Positions 1-9,757 of a stretch of DNA of 56,689 bases are shown piece by piece. The first letter of the stretch is position 1. The number at the start of each line of letters is the position of its first letter. The notes under the pieces were generated by a model. That model made no database searches. It saw only the letters and a program-made list of their open reading frames with translations, and was not told the DNA's origin. The stretch is taken from positions 1 to 56,689 of the IMG/VR virus record IMGVR_UViG_3300032331_002769. The stretch is one strand, 5' to 3'. A program made the translations under genes and the position numbers. The stretch is from a virus (taxonomy: Duplodnaviria; Caudoviricetes).

Positions 1-107
1 AAAAAAAAAAAGAATAAAACATTTCTTCTATTATTATTTCTTTATCCCTCAAAAAAAATTGATTCAACATTTTTTTTTAAATTTATGATTCAATTCAAAT
101 TTTTAAT

Positions 108-115
108 TAAATTTG
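108..115 (+). promoter_or_regulatory. Bacteroidota sigma70 -7 box TAAATTTG
   Basis: Matches TAnnTTTG, intergenic, upstream of left-arm operon. Confidence 0.65.
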
Positions 116-119
116 TTCT

Positions 120-233
120 GGCAATGATAAAAATTTCTTTATGAAACAATTTTTTTTTTTCGGTTTATACAAAAATCTTTGGGTTTTTCCCATTACGTTA
201 ATAACACTTACAATTGCACCTTTTATCGTTGCC
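120..233 (+). ncRNA. Candidate structured leader RNA
   Basis: GGCAATGATAAAA (120-132) pairs with TTTTATCGTTGCC (221-233) with one G-U; starts right after the -7 box. Confidence 0.35.
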
Positions 234-263
234 AAGCATAACAATTTGTAATTTTAGGTAGTA

Positions 264-1184
264 ATGGGAAACTCAAAGAAAAGCCAAAAATATCAAGGTT
301 TACGGAAGTATAACCGAATAGTATCATTTTTGGTTAAGGATCGTAAGAAAAAAAACATTCCTTATAGTATTTCAGAGATTAGGCAATTAGCTAGTAGCAT
401 ATATCCTAACTTTAAAAATACTCAATATTCAAAAATCAACAAAAAATCTGTTGTTACTGGAAAGCCAACCCAGAAGCAGATAATTGCTAAAGTATTACAA
501 AAACTACCATATTTTCCAAGTGAATTAAGCGATCCAAACGAAAGATATTATTGGGGTATAGTTGATTTGCTTACTACAATTCAAAATGCAACTCTAAAAG
601 AAGATAATTTATTTTTTGAATCTGATATTGTTGGACAAGAAGATCTATTATTGCAAGGTGGTGTTAAAATTGAACCAAATATTGAAGAATTTTACAGAAA
701 ACATTTTAAGAATTTTGTAAATTTCCTTGATATAAAAAGAAAAGAGGGAGAGATTGATTTAGGTTCTGGCTCTCAATTAAGAATACTAGCAACAACTCCT
801 ACTCCAGATAAAAATGGAAAATGGACAAGTATAATTTCGTTAACCGATAGTGAGGGAGATCCAAATTTACCAGAAGAAGTTGAAAGCGTAATTCTTCAAT
901 ACAATCCAGCTATTGAATACAAAGGTTCATCAAAAGCAATTGAGCCAAAACAACCAAAAGCAACAAAAATTTCCGCTTCTGAACAAATTGAACTTGAAAA
1001 AATAAGAGCAACAGAAAATTTTAATATTGAAAGGTTAAAATCGGAGGAACGAATAAAAATTGCTCAATCAGAAGTAGAATTTTTTCGGTTAAAAAAAATG
1101 GACGAATATTATCAAGATGCCCTTGCTGGAAAAATTACTTGGGAGCGTTACGATAAATTAGTTGATTTGCTTTATAAAAAATAA
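264..1184 (+). CDS. Hypothetical protein with basic N-terminus and coiled-coil C-terminus
   Basis: 306 aa ORF with ATG start; no family recognised. Confidence 0.8.
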   Translation: MGNSKKSQKYQGLRKYNRIVSFLVKDRKKKNIPYSISEIRQLASSIYPNFKNTQYSKINKKSVVTGKPTQKQIIAKVLQKLPYFPSELSDPNERYYWGIVDLLTTIQNATLKEDNLFFESDIVGQEDLLLQGGVKIEPNIEEFYRKHFKNFVNFLDIKRKEGEIDLGSGSQLRILATTPTPDKNGKWTSIISLTDSEGDPNLPEEVESVILQYNPAIEYKGSSKAIEPKQPKATKISASEQIELEKIRATENFNIERLKSEERIKIAQSEVEFFRLKKMDEYYQDALAGKITWERYDKLVDLLYKK

Positions 1185-1211
1185 TTTTTAAAATTTTAAA
1201 AACAAATAAGT

Positions 1212-1652
1212 ATGACAAAAAAACAAGTAATGCCAGAATCTGAAAAAATCAATACAGAAGTTATTGATTTAGTAGAAAACTCTCCAGTTCCTCCAGTTGA
1301 ACAAATTGAAGAAGCGGAATTAGTTTCTGAATCTTCTCCAGAAATAGAATTTCAAAAAGTAATTCAAACTCAAAGATTTTTAGAAAGCGAAATTTTGTAT
1401 GAAACAAACAATCCAAGTAGATCGGCTTGGGATTTAACTGATGCCTTGATTGATTTATCAACCATTTTTTCAGTTGAACGAATTTTGGAAGATGATAGAT
1501 TTTCTGACTTTGGTTGTGAAGATCCAAAAAATCACTCTTTGAATCCAGAAGAATGTTGCGTTGTTTTCTCTAGTGCCTATCCTTTAGGTGTTATTTTAGT
1601 TGAAACTTCATACGAGGTAGTTTGTGAACTTTTAATCGCTTACAAAGGCTAA
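1212..1652 (+). CDS. Hypothetical acidic protein
   Basis: 146 aa ORF preceded by AAACAAATAAGT-ATG start motif. Confidence 0.8.
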   Translation: MTKKQVMPESEKINTEVIDLVENSPVPPVEQIEEAELVSESSPEIEFQKVIQTQRFLESEILYETNNPSRSAWDLTDALIDLSTIFSVERILEDDRFSDFGCEDPKNHSLNPEECCVVFSSAYPLGVILVETSYEVVCELLIAYKG

Positions 1653-1653
1653 A

Positions 1654-1875
1654 ATGAATCAAAACGCACCAGTTTTAATTTTACAAGCTTCAAAGCAACC
1701 TTATTTATCAATTGGAGTTCGATATGGTGGCATAAAAGCATTTGGTTATGAGTATTTATATATTCCTACACACGATGCTTTTTTAAGAAAAGACTATCAA
1801 AAAAAGTATAAACTTCATTTAAAATCTAGAAAAAATTGGGAAGATTTTGTAGATTTAGTAAAAAAGATTAAATAA
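1654..1875 (+). CDS. Hypothetical protein
   Basis: Tightly packed 73 aa ORF in operon. Confidence 0.7.
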   Translation: MNQNAPVLILQASKQPYLSIGVRYGGIKAFGYEYLYIPTHDAFLRKDYQKKYKLHLKSRKNWEDFVDLVKKIK

Positions 1876-1894
1876 TAAAATCAAAAGAAAACGT

Positions 1895-2365
1895 ATGAAA
1901 GTAGAAATTGAAATTTATAGAGGTTGGTTAATATCGTTTAACACAGAAAAAGAAACATTTTATTGTCATTCTGAAAAATGGGATAAAGATGAAAATAAGA
2001 AGTCCTTTGCTTCAACAAAAAAGTGGATTGATGATTTTATAAAAGATAATGAAGTTTTTAAACCTATTTGGGTTGAAACTAAACCTCAAGTAACCACTTC
2101 TCATAGAAAGATTAAACTTATTGGTATCAGAAAAGATGGAAGATTTATTTATGAAGATTCAAAAGGCGAAAAGCACCAACTATCAGATTACGATACGAAA
2201 GATTACATTATTTATGATGAAGAAAATGAAAAGTATAAAATTGAAGCTTTAAAAATTTCAGAAAAAATTGAAGCATTACGTTTGCAAAAAAACGAAACTT
2301 TAAAAAAGGTAAAAGGTATTCCTTTGCTTGATTACAAAAAAGAAATTTTAGGGCAAAATATTTAA
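1895..2365 (+). CDS. Hypothetical protein
   Basis: 156 aa ORF in operon. Confidence 0.8.
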   Translation: MKVEIEIYRGWLISFNTEKETFYCHSEKWDKDENKKSFASTKKWIDDFIKDNEVFKPIWVETKPQVTTSHRKIKLIGIRKDGRFIYEDSKGEKHQLSDYDTKDYIIYDEENEKYKIEALKISEKIEALRLQKNETLKKVKGIPLLDYKKEILGQNI

Positions 2366-2446
2366 TCGTGGCACATATTCCAAATTGCTATAAAACCTTG
2401 ACAGAGCAGTAATTTTTATGTAAATTTTAAATAAAAAAAAATAAGT

Positions 2447-2746
2447 ATGAAAAAAGTAACATTTAGAGAACAAACGGAAGCAGTCGGAGGTGGATATATC
2501 TCTTGTTTAACAACTATTCGTGAAGAACCTACAAAATTAACAAATGGGTTGATAACTGAAATTTCAACTTTCAAATGCGATTGTGGAAATAATTGTCCAG
2601 AAACAATTGCAGTAACTCAAAAAATTTTCAATGATGTTGGTAAATGCACAGACTATACACAAATAACAGTTAGCGTTGATAATTTCGTTGAATTTCAAAA
2701 AGCAATGAAAATCGCATACGATAAAATAATTTCAAAAAGAAATTAG
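2447..2746 (+). CDS. Hypothetical protein
   Basis: 99 aa ORF with AAATAAGT-ATG start motif. Confidence 0.75.
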   Translation: MKKVTFREQTEAVGGGYISCLTTIREEPTKLTNGLITEISTFKCDCGNNCPETIAVTQKIFNDVGKCTDYTQITVSVDNFVEFQKAMKIAYDKIISKRN

Positions 2747-2749
2747 TAT

Positions 2750-3016
2750 ATGCAAACTCAACCAATTGACAAGAGTAGTCCATTTGTTTTTAATAAGCCA
2801 ACTTGGTTAGATCCAAAAAAATCCAAACCAGCCGAACTGCAATTAGTAGCTTTTTACGCAACAAAAGATTTTAATTTACCTCCTACAATTTATGAGGGAG
2901 TTTATATTGAAAAAGAAGATTTGTTTTTTATAGGATTTGCCGATTCTGGAGATTTCTTTTTTTCAAGGTCAATTCATAGATGGATTCCATTGATTGAATT
3001 TAAAAACAATTGGTAA
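2750..3016 (+). CDS. Hypothetical protein
   Basis: 88 aa ORF in operon. Confidence 0.7.
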   Translation: MQTQPIDKSSPFVFNKPTWLDPKKSKPAELQLVAFYATKDFNLPPTIYEGVYIEKEDLFFIGFADSGDFFFSRSIHRWIPLIEFKNNW

Positions 3017-3017
3017 A

Positions 3018-3788
3018 ATGGCAAAATCTGTAACTGCCGAAAAATATTCTGAATTACTGGAACTTCAAATAAAAAATGGAGTTCCATATTCAGAACATAC
3101 GAAAGGCTCACGAAAAACATTGATAGTCCACAATAAACCATTTGTAACATTGCTTGATGGTGGAAAATACCTTGAATTAGGTCAAATATCCGATGCTCAA
3201 TTTTCTTCGTTTATTGGCACATTCAAAAAGACATTATACAAGAACATTTCAGAAAATCCAGAACTATTTACAAAACAAATTAAATTCAATGGTACGTCCA
3301 GAGGAAAGAATCGTAAATCTTTTGAATCAGTTCCAACTGAAAGTTACTTCTGGAATTTGGATCTATCTTCGGCTTATTGGCAAATGGGTTATCGTTTAGG
3401 TTATGTTTCAAAAAAGTTTTATGAAAAATACATTTTTAATGATGATTATAAAGTGGTAAAACGCCTTTGTTTTTCATTTTTAGCGAGGAGCAATTATAAG
3501 ACTTACACTTTCAATAATGAGAAATATCAAATTGAATGCGATAATACATTAGACCAATTGGTTTATGACAACATTAGAAATGAACTTTACAAGATTATTG
3601 ATGGTGCATTAGAAATCGCTGGAGATAATTATGTTGATTATAATATTGATGCGATTAGCTTTACAAACAAAGCTAGAAAAGAAGTTGTAAAGTATTTTGA
3701 AGAACAAAAGCTAGTATTTAAGCTGATTCCAGCTATTAAAGTTTCCCCAACCCATTACGAATTAAAAGATATTGTAAGAAAGTTTTAA
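3018..3788 (+). CDS. Compact family-B-like DNA polymerase palm protein (putative)
   Basis: FWNLDLSSAYW resembles polB motif A (DxxSxY), YKVVKRL motif B, YNIDAISF motif C; start moved to ATG 3018. Confidence 0.45.
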   Translation: MAKSVTAEKYSELLELQIKNGVPYSEHTKGSRKTLIVHNKPFVTLLDGGKYLELGQISDAQFSSFIGTFKKTLYKNISENPELFTKQIKFNGTSRGKNRKSFESVPTESYFWNLDLSSAYWQMGYRLGYVSKKFYEKYIFNDDYKVVKRLCFSFLARSNYKTYTFNNEKYQIECDNTLDQLVYDNIRNELYKIIDGALEIAGDNYVDYNIDAISFTNKARKEVVKYFEEQKLVFKLIPAIKVSPTHYELKDIVRKF

Positions 3789-3859
3789 ATGTTAAGAACT
3801 AACAATTCAATGTTAATAAAAAATATTTGTTGTTTTATATTTTAATAAACAAAAAAAGG

Positions 3860-3867
3860 TATTTTTG
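3860..3867 (+). promoter_or_regulatory. -7 box TATTTTTG
   Basis: TAnnTTTG in intergenic gap, 29 bp before ATG 3896. Confidence 0.6.
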
Positions 3868-3895
3868 TTCCATAAAATGTTTAAAACAAATAAGT

Positions 3896-4081
3896 ATGAA
3901 AGCAATTATCAATGTAAAAAAAGCAAGTCAATATTCAAAGCTTAATGGACAAGCATTTGAAGTAAAAGACGTTTTTGAGATCAAAGGAATTAAAGTGTAT
4001 GGTTTATTAGGCGTAAATCCAAGCTTCCCTAATAACCAAACAGATTTTTCCGCTAATGAATTAATAATTCAAAAATCTTAA
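3896..4081 (+). CDS. Small hypothetical protein
   Basis: ATG after AAACAAATAAGT motif; start revised from 3827. Confidence 0.7.
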   Translation: MKAIINVKKASQYSKLNGQAFEVKDVFEIKGIKVYGLLGVNPSFPNNQTDFSANELIIQKS

Positions 4082-4083
4082 TT

Positions 4084-4467
4084 GTGGAACAACATAATTT
4101 ACCCATTGAAATTAAATTTCCTTGTTTAATACCAAATGACTTTTACAATCAAATTAAATACGCAAAAATGAATACTATCGCTGAAAAAGAATTTGTTTCT
4201 ACACTTGTCCTAGAAACAAGTATGTCTGCAACTAGAACTCCATTAGGAGAGCATAAATCAACAATGACTTTATATGGATTTGATGATGATCCAGATTATT
4301 ATTTTATTGAATGGGATATTCCAGCACTAGAAGAATGCGAGAATATAGGTATCTGGTGTGAAGATGGAACAAAAGAAATCCGAGATTATGATGGTGTGTT
4401 TGAATTACCACAACAAGCAATTTCTTTGCTTAAAGAAAATGGTTTCAATACTTCATACGCTGAATAA
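4084..4467 (+). CDS. Hypothetical protein
   Basis: ORF in operon; start may be ATG 4168. Confidence 0.7.
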   Translation: MEQHNLPIEIKFPCLIPNDFYNQIKYAKMNTIAEKEFVSTLVLETSMSATRTPLGEHKSTMTLYGFDDDPDYYFIEWDIPALEECENIGIWCEDGTKEIRDYDGVFELPQQAISLLKENGFNTSYAE

Positions 4468-4961
4468 TGAAAAGAATGACAACTAACCTTATGACAATGC
4501 TTAATGAAAGCATTGATTGGGTAAAAGAAAATAAAACCGATGGTTGTATTTGTCCTTGTTGCACTCAAATAGCAAAAGTTTACAAGCGAAAATTAAATAG
4601 CGGAATGGCTTACGAGCTTATTCAATTATACCGAATTTCCAAAATTAGAAATGTTGAGTATTTACATCACACACAATTTGCAAGAGTAACTGGTGGCGAA
4701 ATATCAAAATTACTTTATTGGGGTTTAGTTGAAGAAATGACAAAACCTACTGACGAAAAAAAGAAATCAAAAACTTCTGGATATTGGAAAATAACGCCAA
4801 AAGGAGTAGAATTTGTTACTTTTTGTATTTCTATACCAAAACACATTTTCATTTTTGATGCTAAATTATTAGCTTTTTCAGATGAAACAACAACTATTGT
4901 AGATGCTTTAGGTAGCAACTTTAATTATCAAGAGTTAATAAATGGAGTTATAACACCATAA
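4467..4961 (+). CDS. Hypothetical protein with CPCC motif and possible winged helix
   Basis: CICPCC and YWKITPKGVEF wing-like ending. Confidence 0.7.
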   Translation: MKRMTTNLMTMLNESIDWVKENKTDGCICPCCTQIAKVYKRKLNSGMAYELIQLYRISKIRNVEYLHHTQFARVTGGEISKLLYWGLVEEMTKPTDEKKKSKTSGYWKITPKGVEFVTFCISIPKHIFIFDAKLLAFSDETTTIVDALGSNFNYQELINGVITP

Positions 4962-4975
4962 ATAAAAAAAACATT

Positions 4976-5128
4976 ATGTCAAGATTATCACAAGCGTTTT
5001 GGTTTCTTCAAATGAGAGAAGAACAAGAAACTGGAAGAATAACTGATGAAAATAGATTAAAAATGATTTTTCCTAAATGGCACTTGACAGATTTGGACTA
5101 CGAAAAGCATAAAAGTTTTTTGCTATAA
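4976..5128 (+). CDS. Small hypothetical protein (50 aa, not in ORF track)
   Basis: MSRLSQAFWFLQMREEQ... fills the gap after an A-rich start region. Confidence 0.55.
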   Translation: MSRLSQAFWFLQMREEQETGRITDENRLKMIFPKWHLTDLDYEKHKSFLL

Positions 5129-5187
5129 GTTAGAAAAATTAGAAAAAGAAATTTAAAAGAGCAATTAAAATCCCAAAACAAATAAAT

Positions 5188-6000
5188 ATGAAAACAGAAG
5201 TTTTAAAAACAAAAAGAAAAGACCGAGTATTAATGTCGGTTGATCCCCGAAACTTAATCATTAAAGATGGTTTCAATGTCCGTAAAGATTATGGCAATTT
5301 AGAAGAATTAATGACTTCGATTATTGAGAGTGGTTTGCAAGTTCCAATCAAAGCCAGAGAATTAAAAGATGATTCTGAAAAATGGGAAGTAGTTGATGGA
5401 CATAGACGTTTACAAGCAATTCTTTTGGCAATTGAACTTGGACACGAATATCAGTATGTTGATGTTCTAGCTTTTAAAGGAAATGAAGAAGAACAAGTTA
5501 TTTCAATGCTAATTACTGGAACTGGACAAAAGCCATTGAATGAAATGGAACAATCAAATGCAGTTCAAAGATTAATTGATTTTGGTTATAGAGTTGACGA
5601 TATTGCTAAAAAGATGGGTAGAAGCTTACCTCACGTTTATTATCTAGTAAAATTATCTGGTTTGCCAATGAAAATCAAAGATAGAATCCAAGAGGGTTAT
5701 ATTTCTGGTTTAGCAACTACTTCAATTACGGATAAGTATTCAGAAGATGAATGGGAAGAAAGAGTTGAACAAGCAATTTCAAACGCTAACGAAAATGCTC
5801 CAGAGGGTGCAATAGTTAGAGCCACAACAAAGAATGTTGAGGATCGTAAATTAAAGCCAATTGAGAAGTTAGCCAATCTGATTGAGTACATTAACGTAAA
5901 TGAAATTGAGAATGAAAAATGTTCTTTAATCAATGAAGTATGGGTTCGACTTATGGAGGACGAAACAATAGATGAATTAGTATTAATTTTTGAAAGCTAG
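5188..6000 (+). CDS. ParB/Srx-domain protein with HTH
   Basis: FNVR, GLQVPI, VVDGHRRLQA ParB box, later HTH (DDIAKKMGRSLPHV). Confidence 0.85.
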   Translation: MKTEVLKTKRKDRVLMSVDPRNLIIKDGFNVRKDYGNLEELMTSIIESGLQVPIKARELKDDSEKWEVVDGHRRLQAILLAIELGHEYQYVDVLAFKGNEEEQVISMLITGTGQKPLNEMEQSNAVQRLIDFGYRVDDIAKKMGRSLPHVYYLVKLSGLPMKIKDRIQEGYISGLATTSITDKYSEDEWEERVEQAISNANENAPEGAIVRATTKNVEDRKLKPIEKLANLIEYINVNEIENEKCSLINEVWVRLMEDETIDELVLIFES

Positions 6001-6004
6001 TAAA

Positions 6005-6283
6005 ATGAAAAATGTACAATGGTTAGGAAATAACCTTGATGAAATTGTCAACTTGTGTTATCCTAAAAATAGCAAAAAATTTATTTCATTTGAACAAACT
6101 GTAACTGATTCATTAATCACTTTAACTATAAAAACAAAATCAAATATTTATGTTTTAAGTTATGCAGATTTAATTTGTAGAAAATATAATACTATTTTTT
6201 ATTACAAATTTGCTGATTCTTTTAAATATGCTACTGGAGTTCATAATGATAAATCTGTAACTGAAAAAATAATAATTATCTAA
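6005..6283 (+). CDS. Hypothetical protein
   Basis: ORF in operon; start revised to ATG 6005. Confidence 0.65.
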   Translation: MKNVQWLGNNLDEIVNLCYPKNSKKFISFEQTVTDSLITLTIKTKSNIYVLSYADLICRKYNTIFYYKFADSFKYATGVHNDKSVTEKIIII

Positions 6284-6307
6284 AATTACCTTTAATTACC
6301 TTAAATT

Positions 6308-6742
6308 ATGGCAAATAAAAAGAGCAAAATTTCGCATTGTTCATTTAAGAACACTTGGAGATCAAAAGATGGTGGAACTATTCGACACTACTACAATTTA
6401 GAAATGGAAAACGGAGATTCTGGTTCTGGAGGATTTGAAACACTTGGACAATACAAAGATGGAGATACCATTGAGTATGAATATAACGAAATAGATAAGG
6501 TATTCAAAATTGTACACCAGAAACCAGCCACTCCTCCAGCTAGAAGCGGAGGAGGTTCAGCACCTAGAAATTATTCTAATGGAAAAAGAAGTCCAGAAGA
6601 TTATTTAGGATTTATTTATGGATATGCAAAAGATATTCATATTGCCGAAATTCAAGTTACTGGCAAAAAAGTTCCTTTAAGCAACTTAAAAAAGAACGTG
6701 GAGGAAATGTATTCTCATATTCAAGAAATTCTTAATTCTTAA
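6308..6742 (+). CDS. Possible single-stranded DNA-binding (OB-like) protein
   Basis: Beta-rich N-terminus, GDTIEYEY, Gly/Pro linker; lies in the replication module. Confidence 0.35.
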   Translation: MANKKSKISHCSFKNTWRSKDGGTIRHYYNLEMENGDSGSGGFETLGQYKDGDTIEYEYNEIDKVFKIVHQKPATPPARSGGGSAPRNYSNGKRSPEDYLGFIYGYAKDIHIAEIQVTGKKVPLSNLKKNVEEMYSHIQEILNS

Positions 6743-6753
6743 AAAAAATCCAA

Positions 6754-7050
6754 ATGCAAATACCATTTAAACTTCGATTATTTGAAGATGCTGAAAAATA
6801 TTTTCGCCCGAAAAAAAAGTTTTTAATAAAGTATGGTTATCGTTCTTGGGATCAATGTTTATGCAATTATTTTTTTGAGAATACGCATTTAACCAACGAA
6901 CAAATAAAAACGCATTTAGCACCTCTTTGGATTCCTTACAGAAATACAAAAGCTGGAACAACTGCATATCATTTTACTTCTGGAAAAAAAAGATACAAGG
7001 CAATTAAAAAAGTTATTAAACAACTAGAAAAAGAACTTTATGGAAGATAG
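6754..7050 (+). CDS. Hypothetical protein
   Basis: 98 aa ORF in operon. Confidence 0.7.
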   Translation: MQIPFKLRLFEDAEKYFRPKKKFLIKYGYRSWDQCLCNYFFENTHLTNEQIKTHLAPLWIPYRNTKAGTTAYHFTSGKKRYKAIKKVIKQLEKELYGR

Positions 7051-7261
7051 TCAAGCATTGCAAATTGCAATAAGTTCAATAACTGGAGTTTTAGTTCCAA
7101 AAACCAAAGCTGAAAAAATCATTGAAGCTTGGAATGTTATTAAAGTAAGTCCAGATAGTACAACAATTAAACAACTGAAAGATTTAGGTTGTGCTTGTTA
7201 TGGGAATAATTCAGTACACCCTTGTTTTTGTAGTAAACCTTTAAATAAAAAATTAAAATGA
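7040..7261 (+). CDS. Hypothetical protein, Cys-rich C-terminus
   Basis: Overlapping ORF with CACY...HPCFC. Confidence 0.65.
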   Translation: MEDSQALQIAISSITGVLVPKTKAEKIIEAWNVIKVSPDSTTIKQLKDLGCACYGNNSVHPCFCSKPLNKKLK

Positions 7262-7647
7262 ATATCAAAGAGTTAGCATCTAAAAAATGGTCGGAATCTA
7301 CTTTAAGTAAAATATATCCAGACAACGGAGCTGAAAAAGATATGTTTATGACTGGATTTGAAATAGGGTTTCAATTTGGTAATATAATGCCACAAATATC
7401 AATCAAGCCAATTTATGTATTTAAAGACGAAATGCTCCAGAATCAACAATTGAGAGATATTATTTGTATGCAAAATCGAATATCACAAATTCAGTATAAT
7501 CAATTACTGGAAGAATTTTGCCTAGAACAAATGGCATTGCAACGAACTTATAAAGAAATTTCAGAAGTTAATTCTCATTTTCGTAATTGGGCGAAAATCA
7601 ATGCTTTCAGATTAAAGCCGACTTCAAATAAAACAAACAAGTTATAA
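7258..7647 (+). CDS. Possible replisome organiser or helicase-loader-like protein
   Basis: Directly upstream of DnaB; C-terminal EEF...SHFRNW pattern typical of phage initiator C-domains. Confidence 0.35.
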   Translation: MNIKELASKKWSESTLSKIYPDNGAEKDMFMTGFEIGFQFGNIMPQISIKPIYVFKDEMLQNQQLRDIICMQNRISQIQYNQLLEEFCLEQMALQRTYKEISEVNSHFRNWAKINAFRLKPTSNKTNKL

Positions 7648-7654
7648 TTTCCCA

Positions 7655-9241
7655 ATGACTAAAAGAATACTTGTAAAAACAGAAATGGACGAAATGCACC
7701 AGCATAAAGTTGAGAGAATTGTTTTGGGATCTATTTTATTATCCAAAAATGCAATATTTCAACTTGGTGGCGATTTCCAATTGAAGCTTTTTTCAGATGA
7801 ACAAAACATTGTGATTGCCGATGCAATTATAAAACTCCACGTTGAAAATATACCAATTGACTTATTGACGTTGGTTGAAAAATTGAGAAAAGAGCAAAAT
7901 TTAGAAAATGCTGGAGGAGTTATTTATATTTCAGATTTAATTTCCTCAATTTCCTCAACTTCAAATTTAGAGTATTATTTGAGAATGTTGCAACAATATT
8001 GGTTGTCCAGATACATAAACGAATGTTGTTCGGAAGCACAAGTTGAAATGATTGAATATAAAAAAGACGTTTTTGACGTATATGCCGACTTGCAAAGAAA
8101 ACTAGATTTGGCAACAAAAGAATTAGTGAGTAAAGATTTAATTCCACTTGGTTCAATACATACAGAATCAATGAAATTAGCGTATGAAAATATGGGAAAT
8201 AAATCTAGTGGAGTTCCTACTGGAATCCAAAGACTAGATCAACTTACAAATGGCTTTCAAAAATCGGACTTAATAATTTTGGCTGGTAGAACAAGTATGG
8301 GTAAAACTGCATTTTCAATTTCAGTTTTAATTGAGCCAGTCGTCAATCAAAAAATTCCAGTTGCTTTCTTTTCACTTGAAATGTCCAAAGAACAAGTAGT
8401 AGCCAGAATCCAATCAATTATAAGCAAAGTGAATGTTTCTAAAGTCGTAAAAAAGCAATTGACTTATGAGGAGATAAATCAAATAGTTGACACTTGCAAT
8501 TGTTTAGAACAAGCACCATTGTACATTGATGATACCGCTAATATTTCTTTAATGGAATTAAAAACCAAAGCTAGAAAAATGGTTCGTGAAAACGGAGTTC
8601 AAATGATTATTATTGACTATTTACAATTAATGCGTTCTGGAATGAAAATCGCTTCAAGGGAGCAAGAAGTTGCAGAAATTTCAAAAGGTTTAAAAGCAAT
8701 TGCTAAAGAATTAAATATTCCAGTAATAGCACTTTCTCAATTGAGTAGAAATGTTGAACAACGTGGAGGAAGCAAAGTACCTATGCTTTCAGATTTAAGG
8801 GATAGTGGACAAATAGAACAAGATGCCGATATGGTATTATTTTGCTATCGTCCAGAATACTATTCTTTATCTGAATATGATTGGGGAGGAACAATGCTTG
8901 ATACTCAAAATTTGTTTATGTTAATGGTTGCAAAACACAGAAATGGCGTATTGGGAGAGATTCCACTATCTTTTTACGGAGAATACACCCAAGTTACTAA
9001 CCATAATCTTAATTCTGCCTTATATTCTAGCGATTCAAGTAGTAGTAATTATATACCTAGCAATGCTTCAAATAATAGTACTTTAAGTCTAAATAATTCA
9101 GCAAATAGTAGTACTATGTTGCCAAAAAATAGTACCTTTGAGGACGTAAATAGTAGTACTAAAGTACCACAATTCACGCCAATTGATTTTAGTATGCCAA
9201 AAAGTGATAATGACGATTCAGAACCAAATACACCTTTTTAA
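7655..9241 (+). CDS. dnaB: Replicative DNA helicase DnaB
   Basis: DnaB N-domain, GVPTG, Walker A AGRTSMGKT, FFSLEMS, IIIDYLQLM, LSQLSR, LSDLRDSGQIEQDAD, AKHRNG. Confidence 0.97.
   Translation: MTKRILVKTEMDEMHQHKVERIVLGSILLSKNAIFQLGGDFQLKLFSDEQNIVIADAIIKLHVENIPIDLLTLVEKLRKEQNLENAGGVIYISDLISSISSTSNLEYYLRMLQQYWLSRYINECCSEAQVEMIEYKKDVFDVYADLQRKLDLATKELVSKDLIPLGSIHTESMKLAYENMGNKSSGVPTGIQRLDQLTNGFQKSDLIILAGRTSMGKTAFSISVLIEPVVNQKIPVAFFSLEMSKEQVVARIQSIISKVNVSKVVKKQLTYEEINQIVDTCNCLEQAPLYIDDTANISLMELKTKARKMVRENGVQMIIIDYLQLMRSGMKIASREQEVAEISKGLKAIAKELNIPVIALSQLSRNVEQRGGSKVPMLSDLRDSGQIEQDADMVLFCYRPEYYSLSEYDWGGTMLDTQNLFMLMVAKHRNGVLGEIPLSFYGEYTQVTNHNLNSALYSSDSSSSNYIPSNASNNSTLSLNNSANSSTMLPKNSTFEDVNSSTKVPQFTPIDFSMPKSDNDDSEPNTPF
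9037..9168. repeat. Cluster of AATAGTA(GTA)C repeats within the dnaB 3' end
   Basis: Copies near 9074, 9103, 9127 and 9148, plus partial copies at 9037 and 9162. Confidence 0.6.
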
Positions 9242-9244
9242 ATT

Positions 9245-9757
9245 ATGGAACTAAAACACCACAAATTAGAATCTATTAAAGGTATCATTCTGGAATACTT
9301 AAATATACTACCAGATGAAATAGATTTTACCAAGCGAAAAGCACCTACTCCAACTATTAAAAAGATGATAGGTTACTTTGCTCAAAAGCATTTTTCAGCT
9401 ACCCAAAAAGAATTATCCGAATACCTAATTTTATCAAGTCATTCTGGCGTTTCATTAGGAATTTCTTCTTTAATGAGTGAAGTTGAAATGAATCCAAAAC
9501 TTAAAGAGCAACTCAAAGATTTAGATAGGATAATTATTGAAAAAGGACTTTCTAAACTTTCTGGAAAGAATAATGAGTGGTATTTATTTTTGGATTTAAA
9601 CAATTTTATTATCGCTACCAAAGGCAAAAATTCAGCATTATTTCACAATATGAATATCCATCAAGTGAAAGAAATATTAGGAGAAAGTTGGGAATACAAA
9701 GAACATAAAGGAACAGAAAAATTCATTTATAAACGACTTGCAAATGCAAAAAATTAA
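9245..9757 (+). CDS. DnaA C-terminal (domain IV)-like HTH protein
   Basis: IILEYLNI...TKRK...KKMIGYF...TQKELSEYL..SHSGV matches the DnaA domain IV pattern. Confidence 0.6.
   Translation: MELKHHKLESIKGIILEYLNILPDEIDFTKRKAPTPTIKKMIGYFAQKHFSATQKELSEYLILSSHSGVSLGISSLMSEVEMNPKLKEQLKDLDRIIIEKGLSKLSGKNNEWYLFLDLNNFIIATKGKNSALFHNMNIHQVKEILGESWEYKEHKGTEKFIYKRLANAKN

Noticed and set aside
1-60. Inverted or direct terminal repeats
   Set aside because: The first and last ~60 bases do not match in either orientation beyond low-complexity A/T runs.
5100-5160. Programmed frameshift extending ORF 4976..5128
   Set aside because: The alternate frame adds only about a dozen codons; a homopolymer artefact or chance is equally likely.
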